DNA of 64,000 nucleotides from an uncultured Pseudomonadota bacterium (lineage in GTDB: Bacteria; Pseudomonadota; Gammaproteobacteria; Ga0077536). The stretch's first letter is position 1. Each line of letters begins with the position of its first letter. Shown in pieces: positions 38,936 to 48,075 of this stretch. Where the stretch lies: assembly GCA_913047675.1 (NCBI GenBank), contig CAJWTO010000003.1, positions 6,670 through 70,669 of the forward strand, given 5' to 3'. The notes beneath the pieces were generated by a model. The model made no database searches. It was given only the letters and a program-made list of their open reading frames with translations, and had not been told where the DNA came from. The position numbers were made by a program, and so were the translations under genes.

Positions 38936-40305
38936 ACGCCATCCAAAATATGCGCGATTTTCAGTTTCGTTTCTGAATCAATAAAGAAACTCTCCCCTTG
39001 TGACACAATAAAATTAATGGGGGACGGACCTACCAACGAGCCAGAGGCAAAGTTTTTGTTCTTTGTCGCCAAAGCAATATTCGCTTCACGATATACGTAA
39101 TCATGATCACTACGTAGACCACGCGCCGGGTTAACGGCCCGCAAACCGAATGACGTACGACAAAAAACCGGATCCTTTATTTCTTCCACGCCCATACTAC
39201 TGTCAGCGTCATTAAAAACCAAAGTATGTACTGCTTCCTCAAGAGATCCTAACGACACGAAAGGCGATGGAAGATAGCAAAGTGCTGTAACTCCTAAAGA
39301 TTTAGGGTCATACTGCTCTGCAATCCGAGCCAACGTTCCAGCGATATTTTTAGATCGAAGAGTCTCAGATGTATCCCGCTTAAAAAATTCAACACGTTTA
39401 TCCAAGAAACTTTTAATTGTTGGTAACACATCCTCCGTATCAGAGGCGACAATTACTTTATCAAATAAAGTTGAGCTTAAGCACATCTCTAGCTTCCTTC
39501 TAAGAAGGTTCTTACCATTAAGCTCGATAGACCAAAGATCAGGGTGAAAATCATAGTTCCTACGACATGGAATCACCGCCAAGATAGGCCGAAAAACATC
39601 TAGCTTCTTCGTTATTGCGTCCTTTTTTATTTGCCTTCTGGCAGCCAACATACGATGTGAGCTGTTTGTTAAATTCTTACCGTGCCTTCGATAATAAAAG
39701 AGGGGTAAATTGACATTCATCGCACGATGAGTGTGTCGAATTTTGGCCCAAACATCAAAGCCATCCTGTGCACCTAAGTCTTCGCGGTAGCCGCCAATCG
39801 ATTCCAGAACCGACTTCCGTATCAGAGTACATGCTCCGTTAGGAGGCATATCCGTCAAATGACTCGAGTCGAAAATCTTTTGTCTACGCTCATGAGAAAA
39901 AATCCCCCCTTCCTCATCAATCAGGTAGTAGTCGGGAAACACTAACGCAAGGTCTGCATGGCGTTCAATATAACTTAAAAGAACAAATAAAATATTCTCA
40001 TCGAATACGTCATCCCCATCGAGTCTGATTACATACTCACCACGACATTCGCGTAATACGAGATTTGCAACCGCCGGAAGACCAATTTTTGAGGTTTGAA
40101 ATATGCGAACTCGATGATCGTTTGCGTACAGTTGTATAACCTGCTGAGTTTCATCTGATGACCCGTCATCAATTAGGAGAAGCTCCCAATCTTCAAAGTG
40201 CTGACGTAATACACTTTCGATGGCCTCCTCTAAAAACCTTCCGTAATTGTGAGAAGCGATGTACACAGAAATCTTTGGCGATTTTTTTTGGTCTAACTCT
40301 GGCAT
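38932..40305 (-). CDS. Fusion protein: N-terminal GT2 glycosyltransferase + C-terminal degenerate cytidylyltransferase-like domain
   Basis: 457 aa. Residues 1 to about 225 carry the GT2 signature (ISVYIASHNYGRF...LLLIDDGSSD, RLDGDDV). The C-terminal ~220 aa starts ILAVIPCRRNYDFHPDLW and has a NeuA/SpsF-like layout, but the (A/S)RxGSxRxxxK loop is not conserved. Confidence 0.55.
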   Translation of the reverse strand: MPELDQKKSPKISVYIASHNYGRFLEEAIESVLRQHFEDWELLLIDDGSSDETQQVIQLYANDHRVRIFQTSKIGLPAVANLVLRECRGEYVIRLDGDDVFDENILFVLLSYIERHADLALVFPDYYLIDEEGGIFSHERRQKIFDSSHLTDMPPNGACTLIRKSVLESIGGYREDLGAQDGFDVWAKIRHTHRAMNVNLPLFYYRRHGKNLTNSSHRMLAARRQIKKDAITKKLDVFRPILAVIPCRRNYDFHPDLWSIELNGKNLLRRKLEMCLSSTLFDKVIVASDTEDVLPTIKSFLDKRVEFFKRDTSETLRSKNIAGTLARIAEQYDPKSLGVTALCYLPSPFVSLGSLEEAVHTLVFNDADSSMGVEEIKDPVFCRTSFGLRAVNPARGLRSDHDYVYREANIALATKNKNFASGSLVGPSPINFIVSQGESFFIDSETKLKIAHILDGV

Positions 40306-40307
40306 TG

Positions 40308-41240
40308 TTACGAATTCCAGTCTTTCAAAAAATGAACAGAATCATGGTGCCATCGCTCAAAGAAAGAAAGAACCTCAATTGGCTGATCCTTCTTAATTGT
40401 TATGGGCTCTGAATCCGGAACCTTCTCAGCTAAAATACAAAGAATGTCATTGTCCAAATAACGATTAGATGCGACCGCTCGGAATCCTGCTTTTTCTAAA
40501 GCAGTTTGTAGCGAGTTAGCACTGAATCTAAAACAATGGCTATCAGCTGGGTTTTTAGAAAAATAGGTAAATAGTGGCTTCTTGAAGGGAACCAGTATCC
40601 TGCTTCCGGTGGCAACGAGGACTCTTCCGCCCACAGGCAACAGTTGATTGGCACCATTCAGCATATCCATACATGATAAACAATTCTCTAGGGTCCACAT
40701 GATTGTTACCACATCTGCTTGATATGCCTTTCCTTCCGGACTAACTAAAAACTCCTCGATAGTCCCCGCGTAGGTTGGGATTTTAAATTTATTAAGCCGT
40801 GCACAATTTTTTTCAGACGGCTCAATACCAAACGGAGAAATACCGTATTGATCTTTAAGATACTTCAAACTGAAGCCCTCTCCCGCTCCGATATCACACA
40901 GTTTCTTGCCCACAAGATCTATTTGAGAAGCTAAAAACTCCGATACAAACGTTTGCCGTGCCATCATTGCAGGATTTTTCACTGCTGTATAAACATCACC
41001 GTAAATTTCCTCGCTCCATACTCTCGCAATTTCATCGGACGTTCGCCGAGACCGCACATATACAAACCCGCAGTTACCACATATATGAATTGGTTGATTC
41101 CCCGTGTAAATTCGCGAGTAAGGGATTTCAATCGGATCATCCGATCCGCAAAGATCGCAACAATAGTCAGTGTATCCAGGTGATTGACTAACCTGAGAAT
41201 CGTTGTTGAGAGCGTCTTGATTATCATGCATTACAGTCAC
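40308..41240 (-). CDS. SAM-dependent methyltransferase with N-terminal 4-Cys zinc ribbon
   Basis: 310 aa. CDLCGS...CGNCGF, then LCDIGAGEGFSL (SAM motif I). Confidence 0.7.
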   Translation of the reverse strand: MTVMHDNQDALNNDSQVSQSPGYTDYCCDLCGSDDPIEIPYSRIYTGNQPIHICGNCGFVYVRSRRTSDEIARVWSEEIYGDVYTAVKNPAMMARQTFVSEFLASQIDLVGKKLCDIGAGEGFSLKYLKDQYGISPFGIEPSEKNCARLNKFKIPTYAGTIEEFLVSPEGKAYQADVVTIMWTLENCLSCMDMLNGANQLLPVGGRVLVATGSRILVPFKKPLFTYFSKNPADSHCFRFSANSLQTALEKAGFRAVASNRYLDNDILCILAEKVPDSEPITIKKDQPIEVLSFFERWHHDSVHFLKDWNS

Positions 41241-41266
41241 CTCGATATTCTTAATTAAAAAAGTAA

Positions 41267-42013
41267 TTATGACCGGACATTCAGTCCACGCCTCGAGAGA
41301 TATTGCTTTGCACTTTTAATGCTCGTTTCAGTAAAGTGGTATACGTTTGTAGTTGCTACCGCATCCGCACCAGCTACCATGAAACCATCAGCAAAGTCCT
41401 TCCACTTTCCAGCACCCCCACATACGATAACCGGAATTTTCACACTTTTTACCACGTCAGCATTCAACTTATTGTCGTACCCCTCAAGTGACCCGTCTTT
41501 TTCAACGGCGGTCAGCAATATCTCCCCTGCCCCTAACCCTTCAACCCGCTGAGCTAACTCCTCTGGTTGCCATTGTGTGGGATGTCTTCCGCAGTTCTTA
41601 TAAACACGGTAAACACCACTACTTTCTTTACGCACATCTATCGAAACCACAACAGATTGGCTTCCGAATCGCTTAGCTGCCTTTGTAATTAGCTCCGGCT
41701 GCTCTATGGCTTGCGTGTTTATAGCAACCTTGTCAGCCCCTAGATCGAGATAGCGCTTTACATCATCAAGGTCCCTCACTCCGCCTCCAACGCACATTGG
41801 TACAAAACAATTTTTACTGAATTTCGCCACTACGGATGAAAACAGCTCCGGATCGCGCCGCTCCGGACGGGTAACATCAAGCAAGACAATTTCATCAATT
41901 GACCATGCATCCACGAAATTTACGGTATACCGATAGTCTGGAATAAATGTCTTCGTTCGAAAAAGTATACCGTCGTTAAATGTAAGTACGGTAATAACCC
42001 TCTTTCTCAACAT
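41267..42013 (-). CDS. HisF-paralogue cyclase-like subunit (WbuZ-like) of a glycan amidotransferase
   Basis: 248 aa with RVITVLTFNDGILFRTKTF, VGGGVRDLDDVKRYLDLGADKVAINT and VCGGAGKW motifs. It is embedded with hisH-like and wbuX-like genes, not with his genes. Confidence 0.8.
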   Translation of the reverse strand: MLRKRVITVLTFNDGILFRTKTFIPDYRYTVNFVDAWSIDEIVLLDVTRPERRDPELFSSVVAKFSKNCFVPMCVGGGVRDLDDVKRYLDLGADKVAINTQAIEQPELITKAAKRFGSQSVVVSIDVRKESSGVYRVYKNCGRHPTQWQPEELAQRVEGLGAGEILLTAVEKDGSLEGYDNKLNADVVKSVKIPVIVCGGAGKWKDFADGFMVAGADAVATTNVYHFTETSIKSAKQYLSRRGLNVRS

Positions 42014-42633
42014 GTAGCAACAACACTCTCTGCAAAATTTCGCAGCATCATAAGGCCTTGGTGCTGACTCTTTTCTGGATGAAACTGAGTCCCGAATATA
42101 TTTTTCTTATGTATCGAAGCAACAAATTTTTGGCCATGATTGGAAAAAGCGGAAATATTTTCCCGATCTACACACTCCATGTGGTAACTGTGCGTGAAAT
42201 AAAACAATGTCTGCTCGGGTACGCCCGAAAAGATCGGATTGTCGTTAACTCTAATACAATCATTCCAGCCCACATGAGGAATGCGTATATGTGGTTCGGT
42301 CTGCTGAAGCCGAACCACTCTTGCTTTCACCCAACCCAGACCAGTCGAACAACCAAACTCCTCCCCTTCACTTGCCATCAACTGAAATCCGAGACAAATT
42401 CCTAGTATTGGCCGCGCCTGTTCAAGCACTAGTTCATTTAACAAATCTAATAAATCTAGCTGCTGCAGATTTTTCATACCATCTGGGAAGGCGCCGACTC
42501 CAGGAAGTATGAGCCCAGTAGCATCTCTAATTTGCGCTTTATCCGAGGTACATCGATACTGAATTTCTAGGCGCTCAAAGGCGGCGCAAATCGAACGAAG
42601 ATTCCCCAAGCCATAATCAACGATTGTCAACAT
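42007..42633 (-). CDS. HisH-paralogue glutamine amidotransferase subunit (WbuY-like)
   Basis: 208 aa with MLTIVDYGLGNLRS, the catalytic Cys in GICLGFQLM and FHPEKS. Confidence 0.82.
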   Translation of the reverse strand: MLTIVDYGLGNLRSICAAFERLEIQYRCTSDKAQIRDATGLILPGVGAFPDGMKNLQQLDLLDLLNELVLEQARPILGICLGFQLMASEGEEFGCSTGLGWVKARVVRLQQTEPHIRIPHVGWNDCIRVNDNPIFSGVPEQTLFYFTHSYHMECVDRENISAFSNHGQKFVASIHKKNIFGTQFHPEKSQHQGLMMLRNFAESVVATC

Positions 42634-42642
42634 TTTAAGAAC

Positions 42643-43791
42643 TCAACGAACCGGGTTTCTCAAAGTCCAAGAAGACCCATTTTTTTTCCATATTTCTGGA
42701 TTTCGGTGTTGGTCGACGATTTTTGAAAACTCGTCCATTGTCAAATCCAGATATTCTAGAACCTCATCGAAGTGCTCATAGCAAAATTCATCATCATATT
42801 TGCGAGCGAGATCAAGGCCTTCCTGTCTGGTCATATGGTCATTTTGTATAAGCCTACTAGCATCACGCACAGCGCGCCCAAAGCCGAATTTTATGAACTG
42901 CATGTAGTAATACAAGTTATCAATCTTATCGTCTAGGCTGTCGTAATTAGTAAAAGTGCTGTCAGTACGTCCTTTTTGATTAGTACGGAAATCAATCTTG
43001 TCTTTTATATACTGATAGTTCTCATACATAGACCAACGAAAAAAATACGAATAGTAATAAGCTTTTACGCCCACACTAGCGACCTGCTCTGAAGACGGAT
43101 AAACGTAAGCGTTTAAATCTTTCTCCGAGACTACATCATCAACCCAGTTTCGTGGATCATCCCCAACATAATTTTCTATTATTTCTGTAAAGTCTCTCGT
43201 GCGTCGATGCTCTTCGCTTAAAACTCTTCCCCCATACTCACTTTCTCCATGTTCTGCATAAAATACAACTGGAATTTGATATTTAACAGCCACCGTTACC
43301 GGAACAGAATTGATGCCCGCGTCCCATGCGACCTTTGGATTTCCACGCTCGATAAAGAACCGCTTCGCCAAATGGCGCAGAACTTTCTGATTGGCTCGGA
43401 AAAACAAGTGATCGAAACCGAGTTGGATCATTTCTTCACGATTGTGGTGTCCAATCTCGTTTGGAATCATGGGAGAGTAGGTGACGAGAAGGGGGTTTAA
43501 GCCAAACTCAAACTTCAGCTTATGAGCTATCGCGCTGCTGTCTTTCCCACCGCTCCATGGAACCACGCAATCATACTGTGCGTCGCTTCGCGCGCGCATG
43601 GGCTCTATAAGCCTGAGAAATTCGTGCTTACGTGATTCCCAATCGGTCTTGTTCTTCTCCTCTGCATTATGACAAGCATTACAGACACCTTCGCCATCGA
43701 AAACAACCCGCGGACGACTGTTCGGTGTTAAACAATACTTACAAAACGCAACATCACTTGAATTCATCTTGATCCAAAAATAATAAATCAA
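42643..43791 (-). CDS. N-acetyl-sugar amidotransferase (WbuX/WbpG/PseA family, PP-loop)
   Basis: CKYCLTPNSRPRVVFDGEGVCNACHN zinc ribbon and the PP-loop PWSGGKDSS. The Met at 43767 (MNSSDVAFCKYC) is the more likely start. Confidence 0.8.
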   Translation of the reverse strand: MIYYFWIKMNSSDVAFCKYCLTPNSRPRVVFDGEGVCNACHNAEEKNKTDWESRKHEFLRLIEPMRARSDAQYDCVVPWSGGKDSSAIAHKLKFEFGLNPLLVTYSPMIPNEIGHHNREEMIQLGFDHLFFRANQKVLRHLAKRFFIERGNPKVAWDAGINSVPVTVAVKYQIPVVFYAEHGESEYGGRVLSEEHRRTRDFTEIIENYVGDDPRNWVDDVVSEKDLNAYVYPSSEQVASVGVKAYYYSYFFRWSMYENYQYIKDKIDFRTNQKGRTDSTFTNYDSLDDKIDNLYYYMQFIKFGFGRAVRDASRLIQNDHMTRQEGLDLARKYDDEFCYEHFDEVLEYLDLTMDEFSKIVDQHRNPEIWKKNGSSWTLRNPVR

Positions 43792-43862
43792 ACTTACTAA
43801 TAAACAACCTTATAGACCCAACCAGGGTGACAGTACACCTCACCAGACAGTATAACCAGTCT

Positions 43863-44954
43863 TCACAAAATATTATTTAAAGAAGCTGCAAATTTCTCGA
43901 TAAGCTTTTCATATGTGAGTTCAGCCATCACCACGTCGTAAGCGTTCGAAGTAATTATTTCACAGAAGCTATCATCACGAAGTTTTTCCACTACATCTTG
44001 CAAATTCGTACCATCTTTTTTCAGGCAAATGTAATGCTCGTCACCCTCAAAATAGCCGCTATAAGTTCCTTCATAAAGTATTTGAACAGTCTTACAAGCC
44101 GCTGCTTCGACTTGCCTCCCACTGATAATTCGTATCGGAACCGTCTTAGGCATATCGTCAAAAAACTTTGACTTAATTTCTACCCACGTTGATGATGGGT
44201 TAGAAATGATGTGAGCATTGATTTTTTTCCTGATCTCATCGTCTAGTTCGAAATAATCCCCACCAGCCTCGGTTCCTATTTGACCACGACAATCATTGAG
44301 AAAAATAGCAAAATTATGGGTATCAAACCGCTTATCAGGATCAAAGGATATATCTATACTGAGTTCATATTTTTGTGCGTTTCGAACAAATAAATCCGCG
44401 ATCTCCGCTTTCTCGTTATTCCCCAAATATAATGGTGCCTCAAATGCACGATAGCCCACATCAATACTTCGATCTTTTAATGCCTTCTGAGGCTGGAAAT
44501 TTAACGCATCAAAGCCTGTGTTTGGAATACTATCAACACAGCAGCCAAGCGCACGCCTGTACATCGAAAGCACCCTGGGATCGTTACTTTGCGAAATTAG
44601 AAGATCAATCCCAAGATGGCGACAAAATCTCATTTTTTCCGGCATTAGTTTATACTCATTACCAATAAAAAACACTTTGGGAGTCCTGCACAGAGACAGG
44701 GAAAGAGAGGATAACCTCCTCAAATTTCGCTGATTTGAAAATACCGAATGTAATAAAACAATTGCATCAAATCTCTCTCGATGAAAATACACAGCAATTG
44801 CGGCCTCATCTACCAGCGACTTCCCGGCTAGGTTGATAGGCTTACAATCGAACAATGCGGAGTTAAGAAAAGCCTTGGGCCAGCCATGTTGGTAAGACAA
44901 AGTAGCATTGCTTTGTGATTGTTCGAAAACGAGCGCGATTCGCCTTCGCTTCAT
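43863..44954 (-). CDS. CgeB-like (Glyco_trans_1_2-type) putative glycosyltransferase
   Basis: 363 aa. IDVGYRAFEAPLYLGNNEK and ISGRQVEAAACKTVQIL resemble the CgeB/DUF3880-type GT-B C-terminus. The assignment is weak. Confidence 0.4.
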   Translation of the reverse strand: MKRRRIALVFEQSQSNATLSYQHGWPKAFLNSALFDCKPINLAGKSLVDEAAIAVYFHRERFDAIVLLHSVFSNQRNLRRLSSLSLSLCRTPKVFFIGNEYKLMPEKMRFCRHLGIDLLISQSNDPRVLSMYRRALGCCVDSIPNTGFDALNFQPQKALKDRSIDVGYRAFEAPLYLGNNEKAEIADLFVRNAQKYELSIDISFDPDKRFDTHNFAIFLNDCRGQIGTEAGGDYFELDDEIRKKINAHIISNPSSTWVEIKSKFFDDMPKTVPIRIISGRQVEAAACKTVQILYEGTYSGYFEGDEHYICLKKDGTNLQDVVEKLRDDSFCEIITSNAYDVVMAELTYEKLIEKFAASLNNIL

Positions 44955-45003
44955 ATTTATTCATTCACCATAATCGTGTACAGAAGCTGTGCGATCATTC
45001 TTT

Positions 45004-46203
45004 TTACTTTACCGCCACAAACGAAACTGATTGCGAAGTTAGATCCTGAATTCCTATGTCTGGCGTATTTTCGTAACATTCGCTAATTATTTTCGGAGAT
45101 AAATCTGCTGTGAATTTTCTTGGTGACGGTTTTGCAGTCCAAACTGCGAGTCGAAAGCCAGCTAGAGAAATAATTCGCTGTACTCGCCACTGAGGCATAT
45201 TTCGGTGTAATGCGCTTTTCACCCAATCAATACCAATCTCAGCCTCTTCCGGTCTCAATTCAGCCAAATAACGTAAGTATTCCGTTTCGTTCAAACGCAC
45301 GTGCGCCCAAGGAGAATCTCCGATACCTAAGGCATGCCCTCCGTCATGCGAAAAATATGGGGCGTAATTGTGTACTATCGCCCCCCCAGGTTTCAGCAGT
45401 CGATACATTTCAACGAAAGCCGCCTCTAGATCTTGGATGTGCTCAAGTACACTTACAGAATAAACAATATCAAAGCTCTGTGAAGGGAAAGATGTTCGTC
45501 GAGTAATATCGCCTCGCACATAATTAACATTCGACTGGGTAACCTGTTTAATATGTTCATGTAAAGACGTTTCGTTTGCAATATCGCCGTAGTAGTTGTC
45601 TATTCCATAAGCTTCGAAACCCAATTGCTCAAACGCTTGAATGGAATGTCCGCCGGATATATAGCCAATCTCCAGAACGGAAGCACGCTTAGGAGCGATG
45701 TATACATTAGCTGCAGATAATTTTTTAAACATCGAAGCGTGGTGGCTTCGAAACGAATTGATGGTTCGCTTTATTAAATGATCATCAGGTAAAAACTCAG
45801 GCAGTCCATCTTTATCTTCCGAGCCCTCGATAAAAAAAGCTCTGTTTTTTCTGACACAATTTCTGGCGATAAGATTGATTTCAGCAAGACTTGAATTTAT
45901 GGTTCGTTTTCCAATAGCTTTACTCAAAAACTTCTTCTCAGTAGGATCAATCTTCCCGCGAGAACTCAAGACCGACAAAATATGTAGGCCTCGAAAATAT
46001 TTCCACCCGGGCTTAACGGTATATCTGTAATCTCTGTAAACGGGAATTTTTCGTCCATCTTCAGCCACGAAAAACGTCTCTTCCACTCCATATTTATTTC
46101 TGATGGATTTATCAAAATAATAATCAAAGGATGATCCTACTCGTTTGGCTAGAAAACCCAACGTTAAAGTTATTAAATAATTTCTAATAAATTTTATGAG
46201 CAT
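45004..46203 (-). CDS. Class I SAM methyltransferase with ~170-aa N-terminal domain of unknown function
   Basis: 399 aa. The C-terminal half carries VLEIGYISGGHS, IVYSVSVLEHIQD and LLKPGGAIV. No motif was recognised in the N-terminal part. Confidence 0.65.
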   Translation of the reverse strand: MLIKFIRNYLITLTLGFLAKRVGSSFDYYFDKSIRNKYGVEETFFVAEDGRKIPVYRDYRYTVKPGWKYFRGLHILSVLSSRGKIDPTEKKFLSKAIGKRTINSSLAEINLIARNCVRKNRAFFIEGSEDKDGLPEFLPDDHLIKRTINSFRSHHASMFKKLSAANVYIAPKRASVLEIGYISGGHSIQAFEQLGFEAYGIDNYYGDIANETSLHEHIKQVTQSNVNYVRGDITRRTSFPSQSFDIVYSVSVLEHIQDLEAAFVEMYRLLKPGGAIVHNYAPYFSHDGGHALGIGDSPWAHVRLNETEYLRYLAELRPEEAEIGIDWVKSALHRNMPQWRVQRIISLAGFRLAVWTAKPSPRKFTADLSPKIISECYENTPDIGIQDLTSQSVSFVAVK

Positions 46204-46231
46204 AGTTTAGGCATATTCGTGGGCGGACAGA

Positions 46232-47476
46232 CTACGAGCGAGCACGGAATGCATCCAGGAGATTTGAAAACGCGATTACATAATACATAGATAACAGGAT
46301 TGCCTGAACGCATCGAGCACAAATCATCCCTGCAGCACCATATTCAATTAATGCAATCCACAAAAGGACTGTTACCGCTGGCGCTCCCACATTTGGGATG
46401 TAAGTATATTTTGGTCTCTTGGTCGCCAATAAAGCTAATCCCAAATAACTAAATGATCCCGAGCAACAAATTACTAGCCACAGCCATTTGGCATAAATGC
46501 CAGCAACCATATACTCCTCAGAAAAAAGTAAAGGGACAATGAAGGGGATAGTCAAGAAACCTAAAGTCCCTAAAAGAGTGAACCCCAAAGTTAACCAAAT
46601 AAATTTCTTTTTAAAATACTTCCATAACTCTACCGGTGAATCAGTCGAATAGATCTTTGGGGCAGCGACTTGCCCAACAATACCGAAAACAGCTTTCAAC
46701 AGGCCCGGTAACACCAAGGAGACGCTATAGACAGCGACAACCTCCAGCGTATGGAAATTCTCTAAAAAAACCACGTCGAGTGCGAGTATGCTCGAGAACA
46801 TCAAAGCTATACTCGCATGTCGGCCGAATTTCAAAAGACTACTATCGTAATCAGAATTTTGTCTCAACGTCAGCGCTTTATTAAGTAACCAAATGTTAAG
46901 CAATGAAATTGATAACATAATCATACTAATAACTAACCATATACTGCTCACGTCAAACAAGGCTAATACAACAACGGCAAAAAATAACAGTCCACCGTTA
47001 AGCGATCTACCGCTAGCTAACCATAAAAATCTTGACTTGCCATTAAACCAACCTGGCCACAAGTCAGCAATGTTGTATAGAGGAAATATCAAGGCTGCTA
47101 ATGCAAGGCCATAGGCTAATTCGATAGAGTCTTCTCGCAAGAAAAAATAATAAGCCGCCACGCACATTATCACTGACGATCCAAACCAGTTCGCCAGGAA
47201 TTTCTTACGAATTAGAGGACCAAGGTTTCCGTCAGCACCTTTGGATGCCGACATCAAAGCAATCTGGCCTATACCTAGCGAGCAAAACGCTCCAGCAAAA
47301 CTTATGACTCCTATCACTACCTTGAATTGCCCGTACATTTCTATTGGCATCCATCTTGTCCAGACGATCGTACTACCTAAACCAAGTAAAAGAGTCAAAA
47401 CATGACCGAACCCGAGTAGCGACCCGTTCTTAATTTCACGACTACCAACAATTTTTTTAAATATACTGGAGTTCAA
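46232..47476 (-). CDS. wzx: Wzx-type polysaccharide/O-unit flippase (MOP superfamily)
   Basis: 414 aa, hydrophobic throughout (roughly 12 TM segments by eye), in the usual position within a glycan locus. Confidence 0.7.
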   Translation of the reverse strand: MNSSIFKKIVGSREIKNGSLLGFGHVLTLLLGLGSTIVWTRWMPIEMYGQFKVVIGVISFAGAFCSLGIGQIALMSASKGADGNLGPLIRKKFLANWFGSSVIMCVAAYYFFLREDSIELAYGLALAALIFPLYNIADLWPGWFNGKSRFLWLASGRSLNGGLLFFAVVVLALFDVSSIWLVISMIMLSISLLNIWLLNKALTLRQNSDYDSSLLKFGRHASIALMFSSILALDVVFLENFHTLEVVAVYSVSLVLPGLLKAVFGIVGQVAAPKIYSTDSPVELWKYFKKKFIWLTLGFTLLGTLGFLTIPFIVPLLFSEEYMVAGIYAKWLWLVICCSGSFSYLGLALLATKRPKYTYIPNVGAPAVTVLLWIALIEYGAAGMICARCVQAILLSMYYVIAFSNLLDAFRARS

Positions 47477-47515
47477 TACGGGTTTTCTAGTTAATTAAAG
47501 CAAGAATAGTCGATA

Positions 47516-48049
47516 CTAAAACTGATCGCCAACCAAGGTTATCTGACCATTTAACCGACTGTGTGGATCATAGACCATACATCTCTCGTCCGCAGTAAGA
47601 GTACGGCTTTTATGTGTATTTGTAGACTCGATTTGAATAGCAATAAGTTGGCTCCAGTCACAAGCACGATAGAACTCAACTTGAGAACTCCAACAAAGTA
47701 AATACCCCAAATTAACGCCTACACGATTAATATACGTCGTTGCCGCACCTAACAGTTGTTTTCCTCGACCCTGTCCGCGGTACTCCTTAGACACACACAC
47801 TTCAGTAGCACATAGTGCAACCAGACATTCGCCATTCGACAGGATACTGCCTTTTCGCAACCGCAAAAACGCTAGGATTGAACCGTCATTTACCAGAGTA
47901 ATAAGAACGTCATCTTTGCCGGTATATCTTTCCCACCACTTCAATTGTGACTCCATGGAGTGAGGCCAATATTGCTCTTTTATAGAACACATTACGACAA
48001 CCTCTTCCGGAGTTACCTGGGAAGGAGATTGAATATTCGATACGATCAT
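47516..48049 (-). CDS. GNAT-family N-acetyltransferase
   Basis: 177 aa with the acetyl-CoA motif A (VCVSKEYRGQGRGKQLL). Confidence 0.75.
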   Translation of the reverse strand: MIVSNIQSPSQVTPEEVVVMCSIKEQYWPHSMESQLKWWERYTGKDDVLITLVNDGSILAFLRLRKGSILSNGECLVALCATEVCVSKEYRGQGRGKQLLGAATTYINRVGVNLGYLLCWSSQVEFYRACDWSQLIAIQIESTNTHKSRTLTADERCMVYDPHSRLNGQITLVGDQF

Positions 48050-48075
48050 TATCGTTTATCCAATGGGTGCTATGT

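Noticed and set aside
41267-42633. The hisH and hisF homologues read as histidine-biosynthesis genes.
   Set aside because: They are flanked by a WbuX-type PP-loop amidotransferase and glycan methyltransferase/GT genes rather than hisA/hisB/hisI. This matches the WbuY/WbuZ paralogue context, so they are annotated as glycan amidotransferase subunits.
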